DNA of 248,000 nucleotides from Octopus vulgaris (taxonomy: Eukaryota), in assembly GCA_951406725.2 (NCBI GenBank), contig OX597815.1:189740001-189988000 (forward strand), in the 5' to 3' direction. The stretch's first letter is position 1. Each line of letters begins with the position of its first letter. A model generated the notes under the pieces. The model made no database searches. It was not told the DNA's origin and saw nothing but the letters and a program-made list of their open reading frames with translations. Position numbers and translations under genes: made by a program. Below are positions 46,701-62,074 of the stretch, piece after piece.

Positions 46701-48829
46701 CATCGTCACAAATTGAGATTTTATGATAATATCATTCATTGTATGTTCTTATTTGCTCTAACTGTTACATTTTATGTGGCACCAATGGCTAAGTCAAATG
46801 TACTTTTAATCAGACGCTTTTATAATGAACACCATAATATGTTTGTGACCAAAACACAAACATATTTATAAACTGAAACTTACCTGACTTCATCAATTAT
46901 TTATCGTTAATCTACTATATTAGTGCACTTAAAAATCAATATTCTTGTATATATTTTCCTCTAATGCGTTATCCTCTCAAGTTTGCTGGTGCTAAGTTTT
47001 ATGATCAATTTGTTCTACTTAGCTATTATTGTAAGTGCTGATCTCTCAAAAGAAACTGTTTGACTGAAAATCTTACAACCTAGTAAATACTTGTAATAAA
47101 ATCGAAAGCTACAGAGAAATGAGTAAATCACTTTATTGCCAAGTATAATTTATTATAATATCTGAATTGATAATGTCAAATACCTACAGCAAAAACAAAT
47201 TGTGAGTGAAAACAACTGAGTTATTATAGTTCACTGGTAATTGTATTTCGCTCAGCTGTATGAGGCTTGGCTTCCATTTTACTCTGTATTCGGAATAAAT
47301 AACACAAATATTATTCAGGTTTTAAGCATTTGAGTAATAAAATAGTTTATAGACAAAAGATATTTATGTTGTTAACTCAATAATTTCTACTACGAATGCT
47401 GCCACTACTAATATCATAACCAACTTTATCACCACCGGTGCCGTTGTCTAAAATTTACATTCAGTGAACCACCACTGGAAGTAACAGTAAAATTTGTGAT
47501 CCAATGAAAGATCTTCTGTATGGTTGGTCAACCATCAAAATGGCTTTACATCTTAAAGAAACATGAATTTAGATGTCTATACACTGATTGTATCCACATA
47601 AATCATCTCTAATGCAGACACCACCAAAGTCTACTATCATTTGGGGGAAATAGTGAATAATAGAATAAATTTTACGTGCCCTGAGTGCTACTTTGAATTT
47701 CATATAACTAAATACTACAGAAGGCGGTGAGCTGGCAGAACCGTTAACACACCAGGTGAAATGCGTAGCCATATTTTGTCTGCCGTTACATTCTGAGTTC
47801 AAATTCCGCTGAGGTCGACTTCGCCTTTCATCCTTTCGGGGTCGATAAATTAAGTACTAGTTATGCACTGAGGTCGATGTAATCGACATGATCCATTTGT
47901 CTGTCCTTGTTTATCCTCTCTGTGTTTAGCCCCTTGTGGGTAGTAAAGAAATAGGTATTTCGTCTGTTGCTACGTTCTGAGTTCAAATTACGCCAAGGTC
48001 GACTTCGCCTTTCATCCTTTCAGGTCGATAAATTAAGTACCAGTTACGCACTGGGGTCGATTTAATCGACTTAATTCGTTTGTCTGTCCTCATTTGTCAC
48101 CACTATGTATAACCCCTTTTGGGCAATAAAGAAACATAAATACTACAGAGCAGAATTTATAATGTGATCCATTAACAGATTCAAGTTTGGTATATCAAAA
48201 ACACAGTAAAGGTGTGATTGTGGTAGTCACAATCATAAAATTATTTACCTCCATGTCATGTATCTGCCTGAGAAGAGCTAGGTACAGTTAATCAAGAACA
48301 ACAACAGCATGAAGCCCACCGATTCAAAAATAATATACTGTATTTGTTGGGGAGTAAGTCACCGAAAGGAATTATATCAATATTTATATAGTATCCAGCT
48401 GAAGTACCAGTGAATTGGATGTTTAACACACCCCTTTGAAGGATTTCATTTCCTCACCTTGTGACTCAAAGTAAAGGGGAAAAAAATTATATTCAAAGTT
48501 ACACTGCAGAACACCTAGCATCGTCTTGTGGCACACCAGCATTCCGCTGTATACCAATTGTGGAGCACTTGTTTAGATTGTCACCAATCATGATAGAGAA
48601 TATTATATACCTTTGTTTATCTTCTAAGACAGTGCTTCTCACAATGGGTGGTAATATTGCCTGGGAGGTATTGGAAAATTAAAATTTTATATAGGAACTG
48701 GGGACAAAGTAGACTATACAGTAATTTTTCTTTAGATTTTGTCTCTCATTTAACCCCTCAGAATGAAAATTTTCATTTAAAATGTAGGTGTTTGAGCCAC
48801 ACTTGCGGTATAAGATTATTTGATAATAC

Positions 48830-49700
48830 GGACATACAATCCTTTAATCAGAAATCTAAAATCTGAAAAGCCCCCAAAACTGAATATTTTTTGTGGAGGG
48901 CAGAGCATTTCATAACAGAAGTCATTTACTGTGCAAACAGCTGACTACTATGAGCCATCTCACTCAGGATTGGCATGGCAATGTCTGGCAGGTCAGCCAC
49001 CACTTACTGCCAAGCATCAGGTGTGACTCAACAGTTGTAGATAGAAGATATCCATTTGTTGTTTTCTGTCTTCGAGTTGTTTCTTGTGATTTTGTATATA
49101 ATTTACCCTGAAAATGTCAAAAAAGAACTGCAGATACCCCAATGGATAACAGTGAGGAAAAGATAAGGAAACATTTATCATTATCAATTACATAGAAAGT
49201 GGAGTTACTACAGAACTTCCATCATGGTACGTCTGTGCTAGGCAGCTAGCTGGCAGAAACGTTAGCACGCCAGGTGAAATGCTTAGCAGTATTTCGCCTG
49301 CTGCTACGTTCTGAGTTCAAATTCTGTCGAGGTCGACTTTGCCTTTCATCCTTTCGGGGTCGATTAAATAAGTACCAGTTACGCACTGGGGTCAATGTAA
49401 TCGACTTAATCCGTTTGTCTGTCCTTGTTTGTCCCCTCTGTGGGTAGTAAAGAAATAGGTATGTCTGTGCAGTGACTCACTAAAGAATATGGTGTTGGAT
49501 CTAGAAGATTTCAAGTTTGGTTTTGGTCCAACATATGAGAATTTTTCACAAGGTAGATGCCCGTATTTTGAGCATGTTCTATTACATTCAAAATCTAAAC
49601 CAAAATATAATAATGATGATATTTCAACAGTTACACTGGGATATGCTATACAGGGTTGGCCAGAAGTCATTTGACAGTAAATCAAAATTCCATAAATACT
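48830..49700 (+). mobile_element. pogo/Tigger-like remnant interrupted by a SINE
   Basis: KIRKHLSLSI / KVELLQNFHHGTSV [SINE with 13-bp TSD] GMSVQ*LTKEYGVGS, a psq-type HTH. Confidence 0.65.
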
Positions 49701-52358
49701 ATCTGTAATTCTGTATTGACTCGAATGGAAAAATTTGTCACTCAAGAAGGACTTCAGTTTGAACAATTTTCATGATGTTTCATATTTAGATGCTTTTATT
49801 AAATTCATTCAGTTGTTTAACATAAATAAACTTTGGAATTAAATGGGTTTGATTTACTGTCAGGTGACTTTTGGCCAAACCTGCGTGTGCATATCATCAT
49901 CATCATCATCATCATTTAGCGTCCGCTTTCCATGCTAGCATGGGTTGGATGGTTCAACTGGGGTCTGGGAAGCCAGAAGGCTGCACCAGGCCCAGTCTGA
50001 TCTGGCAGTGTTTCTATGGCTGGATGCCCTTCCTAACGCCAACCACTCCGTGAGTGTAGTAAGTGCTTTTTACGTGCCACCGGCACAGTTGCCAGACAGG
50101 GCTGGCAAACGGCCATGGTCGGATGGTGCTTTTTACGTGCCATCGGCATGAGGGCCAGGCAGGGCTGGCAACGGACATGATCGGATGGTGCTACACACAC
50201 ACACAATTATTAAAATTATAAACAAGGGTATCTAAGAGATACCACCATGATTGAAATATGGCCAGTTTAAATGCTGAAGGGTTAAGTGAGAGACAAAATC
50301 TAAAGAAAAATTACTGTATAGACTACTTTGTCCCCAGTTCCTATGTAAAATTTTAATTTCCCACTACCTCCCAGGCAATCTTACCACCCATTGTGAGAAG
50401 CACTGTTTTAGCCGATTAACAAAAGTATATAATATTCTCTATCATGATTGGTGACAATCTAAAAAAGTGCTCCACAATTGGTATACAGCGGACTGTTTGT
50501 GTTCCACAAGACGATACTAGGTGTTCTGCAGTGTAACTTTGAATATAATTTTTATCCCTAAACTTTGAGTCACAAACTGAGGAATAGAAATCTTTCAAAG
50601 GGGTGTGTTAAACGTCCAGTTCACTGGTACTTCGGTTGGATACCATATAAATATTGGTATAATTCAATAATAAAGATAAAATTAAATAAAGAGATAGTCT
50701 ATTGACATTCAATAATTTATTTATACTACAATATTACATTAAATACCATCAATATATATAAGTCAAAACAATTTGTTGGCCTTTTACAGATTTTATAATT
50801 ATTTATATAATATTGTTATGTTATATATTATATTCAGAGTATTTAATATAATAATGTAATATAAATAAATTATTGAATATCAATAGAATATATCTATATT
50901 TAATTTATCTTTATACTTTGAGTTATATTTTTAGTTCAGGTGTACTTCAGAATTTTGAAAAGAATTCAGGTGTGCTGCAATTGAAAAAAGTTTGTGGGAC
51001 ATTGGTCTAAACTACAGACTGAAATGGTTCAGATTTTATATTCGGCTTTTAAGATGATACTGGGGATTGGGCTGATATTTTTAAGGTTCAGATGTGATTC
51101 ATAAGAAAACACAATGTTTCTAAACCTAACTTGAAGCTGTTATTTATACATGCAATGGAGTAAAAAAATTAGACAAAAAATAAATATTCTTACCAAATTT
51201 ACTCAATATGTACAGGAAAATAAAAAGAGAACTTTAAAAAGTAGTATCTCAAACATTGCACTAAAATGGTAAAACTTTTTGAAATTAGAAGAAAGAGGAA
51301 ACATTCCTTGATTATTTATTCCAAAACGAGTGTTGCATATAATATTATCAAAGATAAAAGGCTTTACAAAACTTTAAGCAAACAACAAATGGAAGACAAT
51401 TTAAACAAAATCCAGGCACATTTGATATGTAATGGACGTTTAGTATGTTGCATACTTGAAATAATTTTGGCTAATATTGCATTTCATTTGACGATATTCA
51501 AACAAAATTTTAATAATTTTGGCATTTTAAATTTAACTTGTGATTTGAAATAAAAACTCCATATTAGATTCATGTGTGTGTGTATATATATATATATATA
51601 CATACAACGGGCTTCTTTCAGTTTCTGTCTACCAAATCCACTCACAAGGCTTTGGTTGGCCCGAGGCTACAGTAGGAGACATGTGCCCAAGGTGCCACGC
51701 AGTGGGACTGAACCCAGAACCATCTAATTCACAAGCAAGCTCCTTACCACACAGCCACTCCTACGTCTATATTACAGTTTATATTTTTTTAATAGTATCT
51801 TATTTTCTATATTCCTTTGTATTTGATTTGTGGTTTTGTTAAAGCAAAGGTAAAGTAGAAAGATTTAGAATTTTGTGGATACAGTTTAATTGTGGGGAAG
51901 ATGGTGAAAAAGCCATACGTAGAATTTAATTTGCTCTCCATGATGTCTGCATATCGGAATCATGTGCCTACTTCATTTTTGTATTTGTTTTGAAAGATTC
52001 TTGATATGAGATTATCTAATGAAACGGTTGTTATATCTGAAAAGGGTCACTTTGTCAATAAAAATGATCTGGATTGCACTTGTTTGCATTATTTTAATTA
52101 TAATTATAATTAAAATGGCAGACATGTTAGAGCATTGGGGAAACTTACTTTGTGGTATTTTTTTCAACTCCTAATGTTTTGAGTTCGAGTTCTGCCAAAA
52201 TCATGTTTGCATTTCAACTTATGTATTGATAAATTAACTAGAATTTAATTGCTGCAATCAATGTAATTACCTTCTTCTCTCCTCTCAGAATTGCTGGCTC
52301 TGTGCCAAATTGAGAAAGCATTATTAGTAGTAAATGTGGTAATGTATATGTATGTATG

Positions 52359-52456
<98 letters not shown>

Positions 52457-52643
52457 TGTATAATAATAATATTAGGGAGTATAACTCCAAACTTACAGGG
52501 AAAAATTCAATTTAGTATTAAATCAAATTTCACAATATAAATATATCAAATATAAATTAGAGATAAAACCACTATCTTTATTATTATTTAAATAATATTT
52601 TTTGAGTTGCATAATAGTGGTTTTATCTCTAATTTATATTATA

Positions 52644-52677
<34 letters not shown>

Positions 52678-52869
52678 ACAGACAGAGTCAACAACTATTG
52701 TAAAGGTTGCAAGATGCAATGAAAATATTAGAAAAATAAATAAATAAATAAGTGGAAACTTTACCAGTGAGTGTGTTTAATTATAAGGCACTAAAAGAGA
52801 ACGACTCTCCCCAGACACAACAGATTATGCTTCAACACAGGAACTCACATAAAAAATCTTGCAAACCAA

Positions 52870-53160
52870 ATCCAAAGACGAAAAATTGAGGTCAAGATAT
52901 TTGGAGACGAGTTCTGTGGGGGCAGAAACAATGGGGCCACCAGGGCTGTTGGGTTTGTGTATTTTGGGAAGGAAATAGATGGTGGAGGTAGAGAGTATTT
53001 GGACAATGAGATGTGTGGCTGTAGATGGGGGTGGCAGAAGAGGAAAGAGGTCATGTATGTTGGAGGACACACTCTGCTGGTAGGAGGGGTTGGGGTCCAA
53101 GAGAAGTAGGTGATAGATTATGGCAACAGACGTTGTGAAGGGTAACCGATTCAGCCAGGG
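52870..53160 (-). pseudogene. Penelope-like RT N-terminal fragment
   Basis: IYFLPKIHKPNSPGGPIVSA-PTELVSKYLD. Confidence 0.85.
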
Positions 53161-53524
53161 TGATGTTGGTCCAGAGGATAAATATATCTAAAGATATCTT
53201 TTACATTATTTTATTTTATTTTTTATTTTTATTTTATCTAGTTTCAGCTCACGAGCTGTGGCCATGCTGGGGCACCGCCATTTATATATACATATATATA
53301 TTTAATATATTTTTAAACAATACTCTGTTTTTGTCCATTACTGATTTTATGGTACACTTTTCAATGAAAGAACAGCACATTCTGCTGCTGGAGAATTGAG
53401 TTCTTCCTATTTGTGGAATTAATCTTTAACAGCCTTAAGCCATCCCCAAAGAGGATGTTTCCCATACAATTGTAACTAAATATTATGGTGTTTTTATTAA
53501 ACAGCATGTATGTATATGTATGTA

Positions 53525-53568
<44 letters not shown>

Positions 53569-56500
53569 CCCACACACATTCTTATATTCTTTTATTTGTT
53601 TCAGTCATTTGACTACAGCCATGCTGGAGCACCGCCTTTAGTCAAACAAATCGACCCCAGGACTTATTCTTTGTAAGCCTAGTACTTATTCTATCGGTCT
53701 CTCTTGCCATTGTAAACACACTAGCATCGGTTGTCAAGCAATGTTGGGGGGACAAACACAAACATATACATACATATATATACGATGGACTTTCAGTTTC
53801 CATCTACCAAATCTATTCACAAGGTTTTGGTCAACCTGAGGCTATAGTAGAAGACACTTGCCCAAGGTAACACACAGTGGGACCGAACCCGGAACCATGC
53901 AGTTTGTAAGCAAGCTACTTACCACACAGCCGCTCCTGTGCCTATATTTATTCAAAAAATTCTTGTTATCTATCTACAGCTATAAAAAAATCTAGTAATA
54001 TTAGTAGAAAAAAATCCAATATCTTTTTAAAAAAATATATTTACTCTTCATTATATTATTATGAAGTTGTTCTAAGAAAAATTTGATTTAAGTTGAAATC
54101 TATAGAATAAAAGAGAAAAGAAAAATTATCTTCTTACCCCAAACCTTTTGCTGAAATGTAACGTCTAACAGAAATTTTCTGGTGTTGATCGAAAAGATTA
54201 TTTTCAATAACTTCACACAACACATGCTGTTTAATAAAAACACCATAAGATTTAGTTACAGTTGTATGGGAAACATACTTTCTGGAGATGGCTCGAGGCT
54301 ATTAAAGATTAATTCCACAAATAGGAAGAAATCAATTCTCCAGCAGCACAATGTACTCTTCTTTCATTGAAGAGTGCACCACAAAATCAGTAATGGGCAA
54401 AAACAGAGTATTGTTAAAAGATATCTTTAAGAATTATTATATAAGATCACAGAAAAACCTTCTTAAGAACAGACACAGTTAACATACTCACTCTTTAAAA
54501 TGGAAACAAAAGAAATTTCACATTATTATCTGACTTCATTTTTATGTAGTCCTTTTGAGAAAGTCAACAAAAGACAAGAGTCAGTATCAAAGTGTAAACA
54601 CAAGAGAAAATATTTTTTGAAGGAGCATTTCATCATCATTACCACCATCACTATCACCACTACCACCACCACCAACATCATCATCATCATCATCTAATGT
54701 CCATTTTTCATGTTGGCATGGCTTTGACAGTTTGGCAGTAGCTGGCAAGGCTGAGAGCCATACATGGTTCCATTGTCCATTGTAGTATGATTTCTACAGC
54801 TGGATGCACTTCCTAACATGAACCACTTTACAGTGTACTGGATGCTTTTTACATGGCCTCAGAAACCGTGCTTTTTACGTGGCATCAGTATGAATGCATT
54901 TTATGTGGCAACATCACCAGCAGAGCCACCAAGTGTCTTGTAAGACAAAACGGGTGGGGAAAAAACCCTCAACTGAGAGGGGTAAGTAGTATGGCTTTTG
55001 ACAGTTATGAGATTAAAGGTACAAAGGGACAGAGATAGGTGTCTTGCAATAGATACATGGATACCCCAGTTGGAAAGGAAAGGAGAGTTAGTGAGCAAGA
55101 TAAAGAGAACAACAGTGAGAGAGATAATAAATAATAGGTAATAAATTAATTTATTTATCCAATTTACATCGATTTTTTTTTTGTTGATTATTATAAGTAG
55201 ACATCACAAAAATTTTTTTCCAGAAATAGCATAAAAAATTGGATTAAGCCTTGGCAGCTTGGCTGATTTGGGCAATAGGGTAGGGGTTCAAAAAATAAAA
55301 AATAAATAGGTCAATAATCATTAAAAAAAAGGAAACATGCTTTGTATGCAAGCAAGGCAGTCAAAAACGTATATAAAAAGTAAATCTCTTTAAGTCTGGA
55401 AATATAAAATATTACAAATGTTATAAATAATGTAGGTCTATAAAATAAAGTTTATAAATGAGTTTGGTTTGGAAGAAGGTGAGTTTTTAATGATTTTGTT
55501 TGAAATTGGACAACCAAAAAATGTTTTTTAGCTTTTGTGGTAAAATATTAATCCATAGGTGCAGGAGTGGCTGTGTGGTAAGTAGCTTGCTAACCAACCA
55601 CATGGTTCCAGGTTCAGTCCCACTGTGTGGCAGAAGACACATGTCCAGGTTTAGTCCCACTGTGTGGCATCTTGGGCAGGTGTCTTCTGCTATAGCCCCG
55701 GGCCGACCAATGCCTTGTGAGTGGATTTGGTAGACGGAAACTGAAAGAAGCCTGTTGTATATATATGTATATATATATATATGCGTATGTGTGTGTTTGC
55801 GTATCTGTGTTTGTCCCCCTAGCATTGCTTGACAACCGATGCTGGTGTGTTTACGTCCCTGCCACTTAGTGGTTCAGCACAAGAGACCGATAGAATAAGT
55901 ACTGGGCTTACAAAAAATAAATCCCGGGGTCGATTTGCTCGACTAAAGGTGGTGCTCCAGCATGGCTGCACTCAAATGACTGAAACAAGTAAAAGAGTAA
56001 AAGAGCTATGTTAATACTGTTATAAATGAAGCTTTTTTTTGCAAAATAATACTCAACAAAAGGGCATTTCAAAATTTAAATCAGCGATACGTCTTGTTTG
56101 GTAGTTATGAAGGAGAGAACGACAACAGATAATTTTAGTATCTTATACAATATAGGGATGGAGAATATAGAAATAATTTCAAATTTTTATTTAAATATAA
56201 ATCAAATTAATATAAAATTATAGTTAATTAGTAAATAGTAATTTATTGGTATTAATGAGTTAAATTAAAGGAATATGCTAAACATTTCAGGCACGTAAAA
56301 AGCACCATCCGATCATGGCCGTTTACCAGCCTTGTCTGGCACCTGTGCGGGTGGCACGTAAAAAGCACCCACTACACTCACGGAGTGGTTGGCGTTTGGA
56401 AGGGCATCCAGCCGTAGAAACACTGCCAGATCAGACTGGGCCTGGTGCAGCCTACTGGCTTCCCAGACCCCAGTTGAACCATCCAACCCATGCCAGAATG

Positions 56501-56599
56501 GAAAACGGACGTTAAACAATGATGATGAAGATGATGATGATGATGCTAATGACTTTAGAATATATTTACTTGTGTTATGAAATAGATAGTGAATTATAA

Positions 56600-58080
56600 C
56601 AGTATGGTTCTGTATAGGTTGAGTGTGAACCCAATAGAAAATGTATTATCAGTAAGATGATATAGTGGGTAAATGAGATAAAATGGTTTAAAATTTCAGT
56701 GAAGGAAATTTAAATAAGTGAATTGAAAAATAAAATTATTGTAGAATATTGTAGATAAGGGGTAGATAAGGATTTGTGTTCTAAAAACTTATTATAGAAA
56801 ATACCCAGCTTATTTATAATAGGTGAGGTAAGCCGCTATAAGAAAATACCTAATAATTACATTATAATTTTATAATCACTAGATTAAAATTAATATTTCC
56901 TTATCATGGGAGTTGTCGTGTAAGATTAGTGTTTAATATCGGGTGAAGAAATGATCAAACTATTGGTTAAAAATTATATTATCAATAAGAATTTTATAGA
57001 AATAGAGACTACATAACCCAGATAATATTATCTATTCTTTATCAAGTTTTGAATATTAATTTGGGGGATTTAGAAGAACTTTTTATGAGAATATTCTTAG
57101 TAAATAAGGTATTAATTGGCACACATATCAAAAACTTTCAAATATAATGAAAGGGAGGCAACAAAGATGAACGTTCCTACAATTAGGAATATTTAAATTT
57201 AGTATTTAAGAATGAAGTGTGGTTTATATGGGACATAATAATTTAGGCTAGTTAGATGTAATATTTATTAAAAAAATGTATATCATCACTATAACACATT
57301 CTAAAGTCATTAACATGTAGAAAATATATGAAATGTTTAGCATATTCCTTTAATTTAACTCATTAATACCAATAAATTACTATTTACTAATCAACTATAA
57401 ATTTATATTAATTTGATTTATATTTATATAAAAATATGAAATCATTTCTATATTCTCCATCCCTATATTGTATAAGATACTAAAATTATTCGAATTTTTT
57501 TGAAAGAACTATCTAAAATACACCTATTTATTTCAAATCACAATTAGGATTATGGCTATTAAATAGTTAAGTATTAGAAGTTTCTATTCTCCCTACCCCA
57601 TCAGCTTTAGCCTACTAATTTTAGCTGAAATCTATTCAACTGAACCAAACTGAGTTCTTCAAAGAGAACTTGATTTATGGCTCTGCCACTTAAACTGTCT
57701 CTTCTTCTATCTATAAAAGAAAGATTCTTGTTTTTGTCTCCACTACACCTGATGGAATAGTATTAAACCCCCTCCTCCATTAGTAAAGCTAAATAGCAAA
57801 GTAAGCAGTATCTCCATGAAAAAAATATTAATTTCTACCATGTTTCTGTTGATGAAACGTGTTTCTCTGTCTACCTACTTACCCTCTTTGTGATGTTGGT
57901 AAATGGAATAAGTATAAAAATGAATCTTTTCAATTTAACTAAATTCTATATTTATATGCAGCTGAAGATTGCTCTACATTTTAAAACTGATGTAATACTT
58001 GCATTGTTTAATTGAATGGAGTTGCATGAAACGATCGTACTGCATTACCTTTGGATATCCTTGTTGCTTATTTTGGATAT
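56600..58080. mobile_element. AT-drifted Penelope-like remnant with a hammerhead-bearing tail
   Basis: Minus-strand DNIIWV (decayed YIDDI motif); tail 57900-58080 recurs at about 5640-5800, 95160-95340, 148370-148500 and 183590-183700. Confidence 0.55.
57957..58044 (+). ncRNA. Hammerhead motif with long stem-II loop, family f
   Basis: TGCAG-CTGAAGA-...-GAAAC-GATC-GTA-CTGCA; the copy at 5685-5773 (-) has stem I TGTGG/CTACA. Confidence 0.6.
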
Positions 58081-58222
58081 ATATATATATATATATTGTT
58101 AAACAAAAGTAATTTTGGGTGAGGATTGTTTATTTTGGGAGTCTTTCATGATTTATGAATATAGATGATGGTGAAACTTCCAAATACAAATGAGATACTT
58201 TCTCACTTGTGCCTAAAAATAC

Positions 58223-58295
<73 letters not shown>

Positions 58296-58318
58296 TGCTG
58301 TTGCTGCTGCTGCTGCTG

Positions 58319-58376
<58 letters not shown>

Positions 58377-58379
58377 ACC

Positions 58380-58806
58380 CAGTGCTGGATTAACCATTAA
58401 GCAAAAAAAACACGTGTTTATAGTATCAAGGGAAGGTAGGGGCACCTCAGAAATGGTAAATGGTTCACGGCACAAAAGAAATCACTTTAAACTTGCTAAA
58501 ATAATATTCGAGATGCCTTTATCTCTGCTAAGTATAGATGCAGATGTGTTACCTAAGATTAATTTTGAGGATCTGATCAAAGACTTTGCAATTCAAAAAA
58601 GTAGGAGCAAACTTTTCAAATAGAAATAAAGTGGAAGTAGACAAAACTAAACATTATTTTCCCTTCTTACTGTTTTCTTTCATTTTGGAAAATAAAAATT
58701 TATTTTATGGTTTGTTATTGTTTATATTTTGAATTACATAATCTTTTATGGGGGCATCAAAATCTTTTGAGTGTTTAGGGCCTTGATGGATCTTAATCTG
58801 GCCCTG
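58380..58806 (+). mobile_element. Non-autonomous hAT element
   Basis: TIRs CAGTGCTGGATTAA / TTAATCTGGCCCTG; 8-bp TSD ACTACACC/ACTATACC; dimerisation-domain remnant LSIDAD...INFEDLIKDFAIQKSR; interrupted sister copy at about 190757-192370. Confidence 0.8.
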
Positions 58807-59526
58807 ACTATACCCCACTTCTATGTATCAATACTGAATTATTGAACCAAAAGGAAGCTTCTGTGGGGGAAGCTTATAATCATAAGTTTGTGTGATTAAT
58901 ACCAGCCTAGAAGTAAACAAAAATAATAACACTTAATTATAATTAATTTTTGTCACAGCAAACTAATTGTATTAAACTAATGATAGCTGTGTAATGAAAG
59001 TCTAAACTTAAACTTAATCACCTGAAGATTTGAAAAGAACCTGAGAAGTAATGCAGTGAAGCCTTAGCTTAAAATACAGTAAATTAGTGAATATATTTTT
59101 CTTGCTTGTCCACAGAATTGTGTGTGTGTGTGTGTGTGTGTGTGCATGAATGAGTGTATGTGTGTGTGTCTGCATGTGTGAGTGTGTGCATGTGTGTGTG
59201 TATGTGCATGTGTGTGTGTGTGTATAACAGAAAGGAATAAGAATTTGAAATCTGGGTAGGTACCTAATGAGCACTCTAACGAAATCCAAATCTGGCTAAC
59301 CACATCGAATGATAGGGAACATACAGAATCGTTTAAGATAAAACAATTACATTGTACTTTATTTACATCATTTACATTTGATGGATATTTGTCATCATTT
59401 AGTTTGTTGTTAACACGTTTCCACTGATATACCCTCCAGCCTTCATCAGGTGTCTTGGGGAAATTTTGAACCTGGGTTTTCATTCCTATTATTATTATTA
59501 TCATTATTATTATTATAATAATAATA

Positions 59527-59569
<43 letters not shown>

Positions 59570-59655
59570 CCACTGCCTGGAATCAAACTCGGAATCTTGG
59601 GGTTTGTAGCCCACACTCTTAACCACTATGCCATATGCTCATGGGCATAATAATG

Positions 59656-59688
<33 letters not shown>

Positions 59689-60562
59689 TCAAAAAATACT
59701 TTAAGAATGAGAACCCAGGTTCGAAATTTCTCCAAGACATCTGATGAAGGCTGGAGGGTATATTAACCGGAACGTGTTAACAACAAACAAGATCATCATC
59801 ATCATCATCATCGTTTAACGTCCGCTTTCCATGCTAGCATGGGTTGGACGATTTGACTGAAGACTGGTGAACCAGATGGCTGCACCAGGCTGCTCCAATC
59901 TTGATCTGGCAGAGATTCTACAGCTGGATGCCCTTCCTAACGCCAACCACTCCGAGAGTGTAGCGCGTGCTTTTTACGTGCCACCAGCACAAGGAGGACA
60001 AATATCCGTCAAATGTAAATAATGTAAATAATGTACATAATTCCTCATCTCTTAAATATAGAACTGCACATGGTACTTCACTTGATAGGTAAATACTGAG
60101 TTTGCTTTATTGGATTTCACGCAGCATAGAGAGTACAAAGTACAGAGTACAGAGTACAGAGTATAATAAAGACATCATAGACAAAAACGAGCGCTATTAC
60201 ACATCTTCAAAATTTGTTTATTACAGTGTTATTCTCAATAAATTCCAATCCATGTTTTGACTTTAAGAGTCCCTCATAGCGTGAGGCATTTATGTGTAGT
60301 AATGCCCTTAATAAATAAATAAAAATATTACAATGTATATGTATGTACGTGTGTATGTGAGCATATATGTATTTGTGTATATGTATTTGTGTGTGCTTGT
60401 ATGTGTGTGTGTGTGTGTGTGTTTTGAAATTGAATGCTACAATTTTACTCCAAGTTTCTCACCAGTGATGTGCCTGAAGGCAGCTACAAGTATATAATTT
60501 GATGTGAATAAACATCAAAAGGCTTCAAACATCAAATTCGGTTGCACTAATTTAATTAGTTT

Positions 60563-60595
<33 letters not shown>

Positions 60596-61633
60596 GTAGT
60601 TTTTTTTTGTTTGTTTTGTTTTTACACATTGTGAGATTTGATCTCTTCAGTCATGTGTGATATGAAACTGCTTGACAATTTCCACAACCAATCGACTCAT
60701 TCTCCCTCCAACCCTGTCCTACACTCCTCTCTCTCTCTCTCTATCTTTCTCTCTGTCTCTATTTTTACCAGCAAACAATTCTTACCTGAATAATTTCTCT
60801 TAAGTGTCAGATGCAGCTGAAAATGTTTTGTACCTTGCTCAAGGAATCGCACCTTATCCAATTCAGCCACAGCAGTTTTTGTTTTTTTTGACAATAATAA
60901 TAGAGTTATAGTAGCCGAACAATTGATACAGTTACAGAGAGAGAGTGAGAGAGAGAGAGAGAGAGAGAGAAATAAACCAATTATCGTACAATATTAGTTT
61001 TAGGAACTAAATAGAAATTAAGTATTTACAGGCCGAAGAAATACCAAATAAAACATTAATTTCTTCTTAAATATATACACATGTATATACACACATATAT
61101 ATATGTATATACACACACATATATATATATATGTATATACATGTATATACACATATATACATATATATATATATATACACATAGGCGCAGGAGTGGCTGT
61201 GTGGTAAGTAGCTTGCTAACCAACCACATGGTTCCGGGTTCAGTCCTACTGCGTGGCATCTTGGGCAAGTGTCTTCTGCTATAGCCCCGGGCCGACCAAT
61301 GCCTTGTGAGTGGATTTGGTAGATGGAAACTGAAAGAAGCCTGTCGTATATATGTATATATATATGTATGTGTGTGTGTGTGTATGTTTGTGTGTCTGTG
61401 TTTGTCCCCCAGGCATTGCTTGACAACCGATGCTGGTGTGTTTACGTCCCCGTCACTTAGCGGTTCGGCAAAAGAGACCGATAGAATAAGTACTGGGCTT
61501 ACAAAGAATAAGTCCCGGGGTCGATTTGATCGACTAAAAAAAAGGCGGTGCTCCAGCATGGCCGCAGTCAAATGACTGAAACAAGTAAAAGAGAAAAAGA
61601 GAAATACATATATAGATAGATAGATATAGCTAT

Positions 61634-61669
<36 letters not shown>

Positions 61670-62008
61670 ATAAATATTAGGGAATGAATCCAAAATTACA
61701 GGGAAAAATCAGATTTAGGGTTAAATCCAATTTTATAGTAAAATATTATATAATATAATTCGAGACAAAACCACTATTTTAAAAACCAAACAAGGAAAGA
61801 CTTAATCAATACATAAAATTTTAATATAATTTATATTAAAATTTTATGTATTGATTAAGTCTTTCCTTGTTTGGTTTTTAAAATAGTGGTTTTGTCTCGA
61901 ATTATATTATATATATATATATATATACATGCATATATATTTGTATCTATCAATCTGTCTATCAGTGTATTATGTATGTATATAATATATGTATGTATAT
62001 ATATATAC

Positions 62009-62074
<66 letters not shown>

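Noticed and set aside
56600-57800. Mitochondrial insertion (very AT-rich; also 6440-7330 and 94660-95420)
   Set aside because: No mitochondrial gene motifs recognised; the remnants fit Penelope-like elements.
58165-58623. 152-aa ORF with poly-T/A/T
   Set aside because: A chimera of (ACT)n(GCT)n repeat and a hAT MITE remnant.
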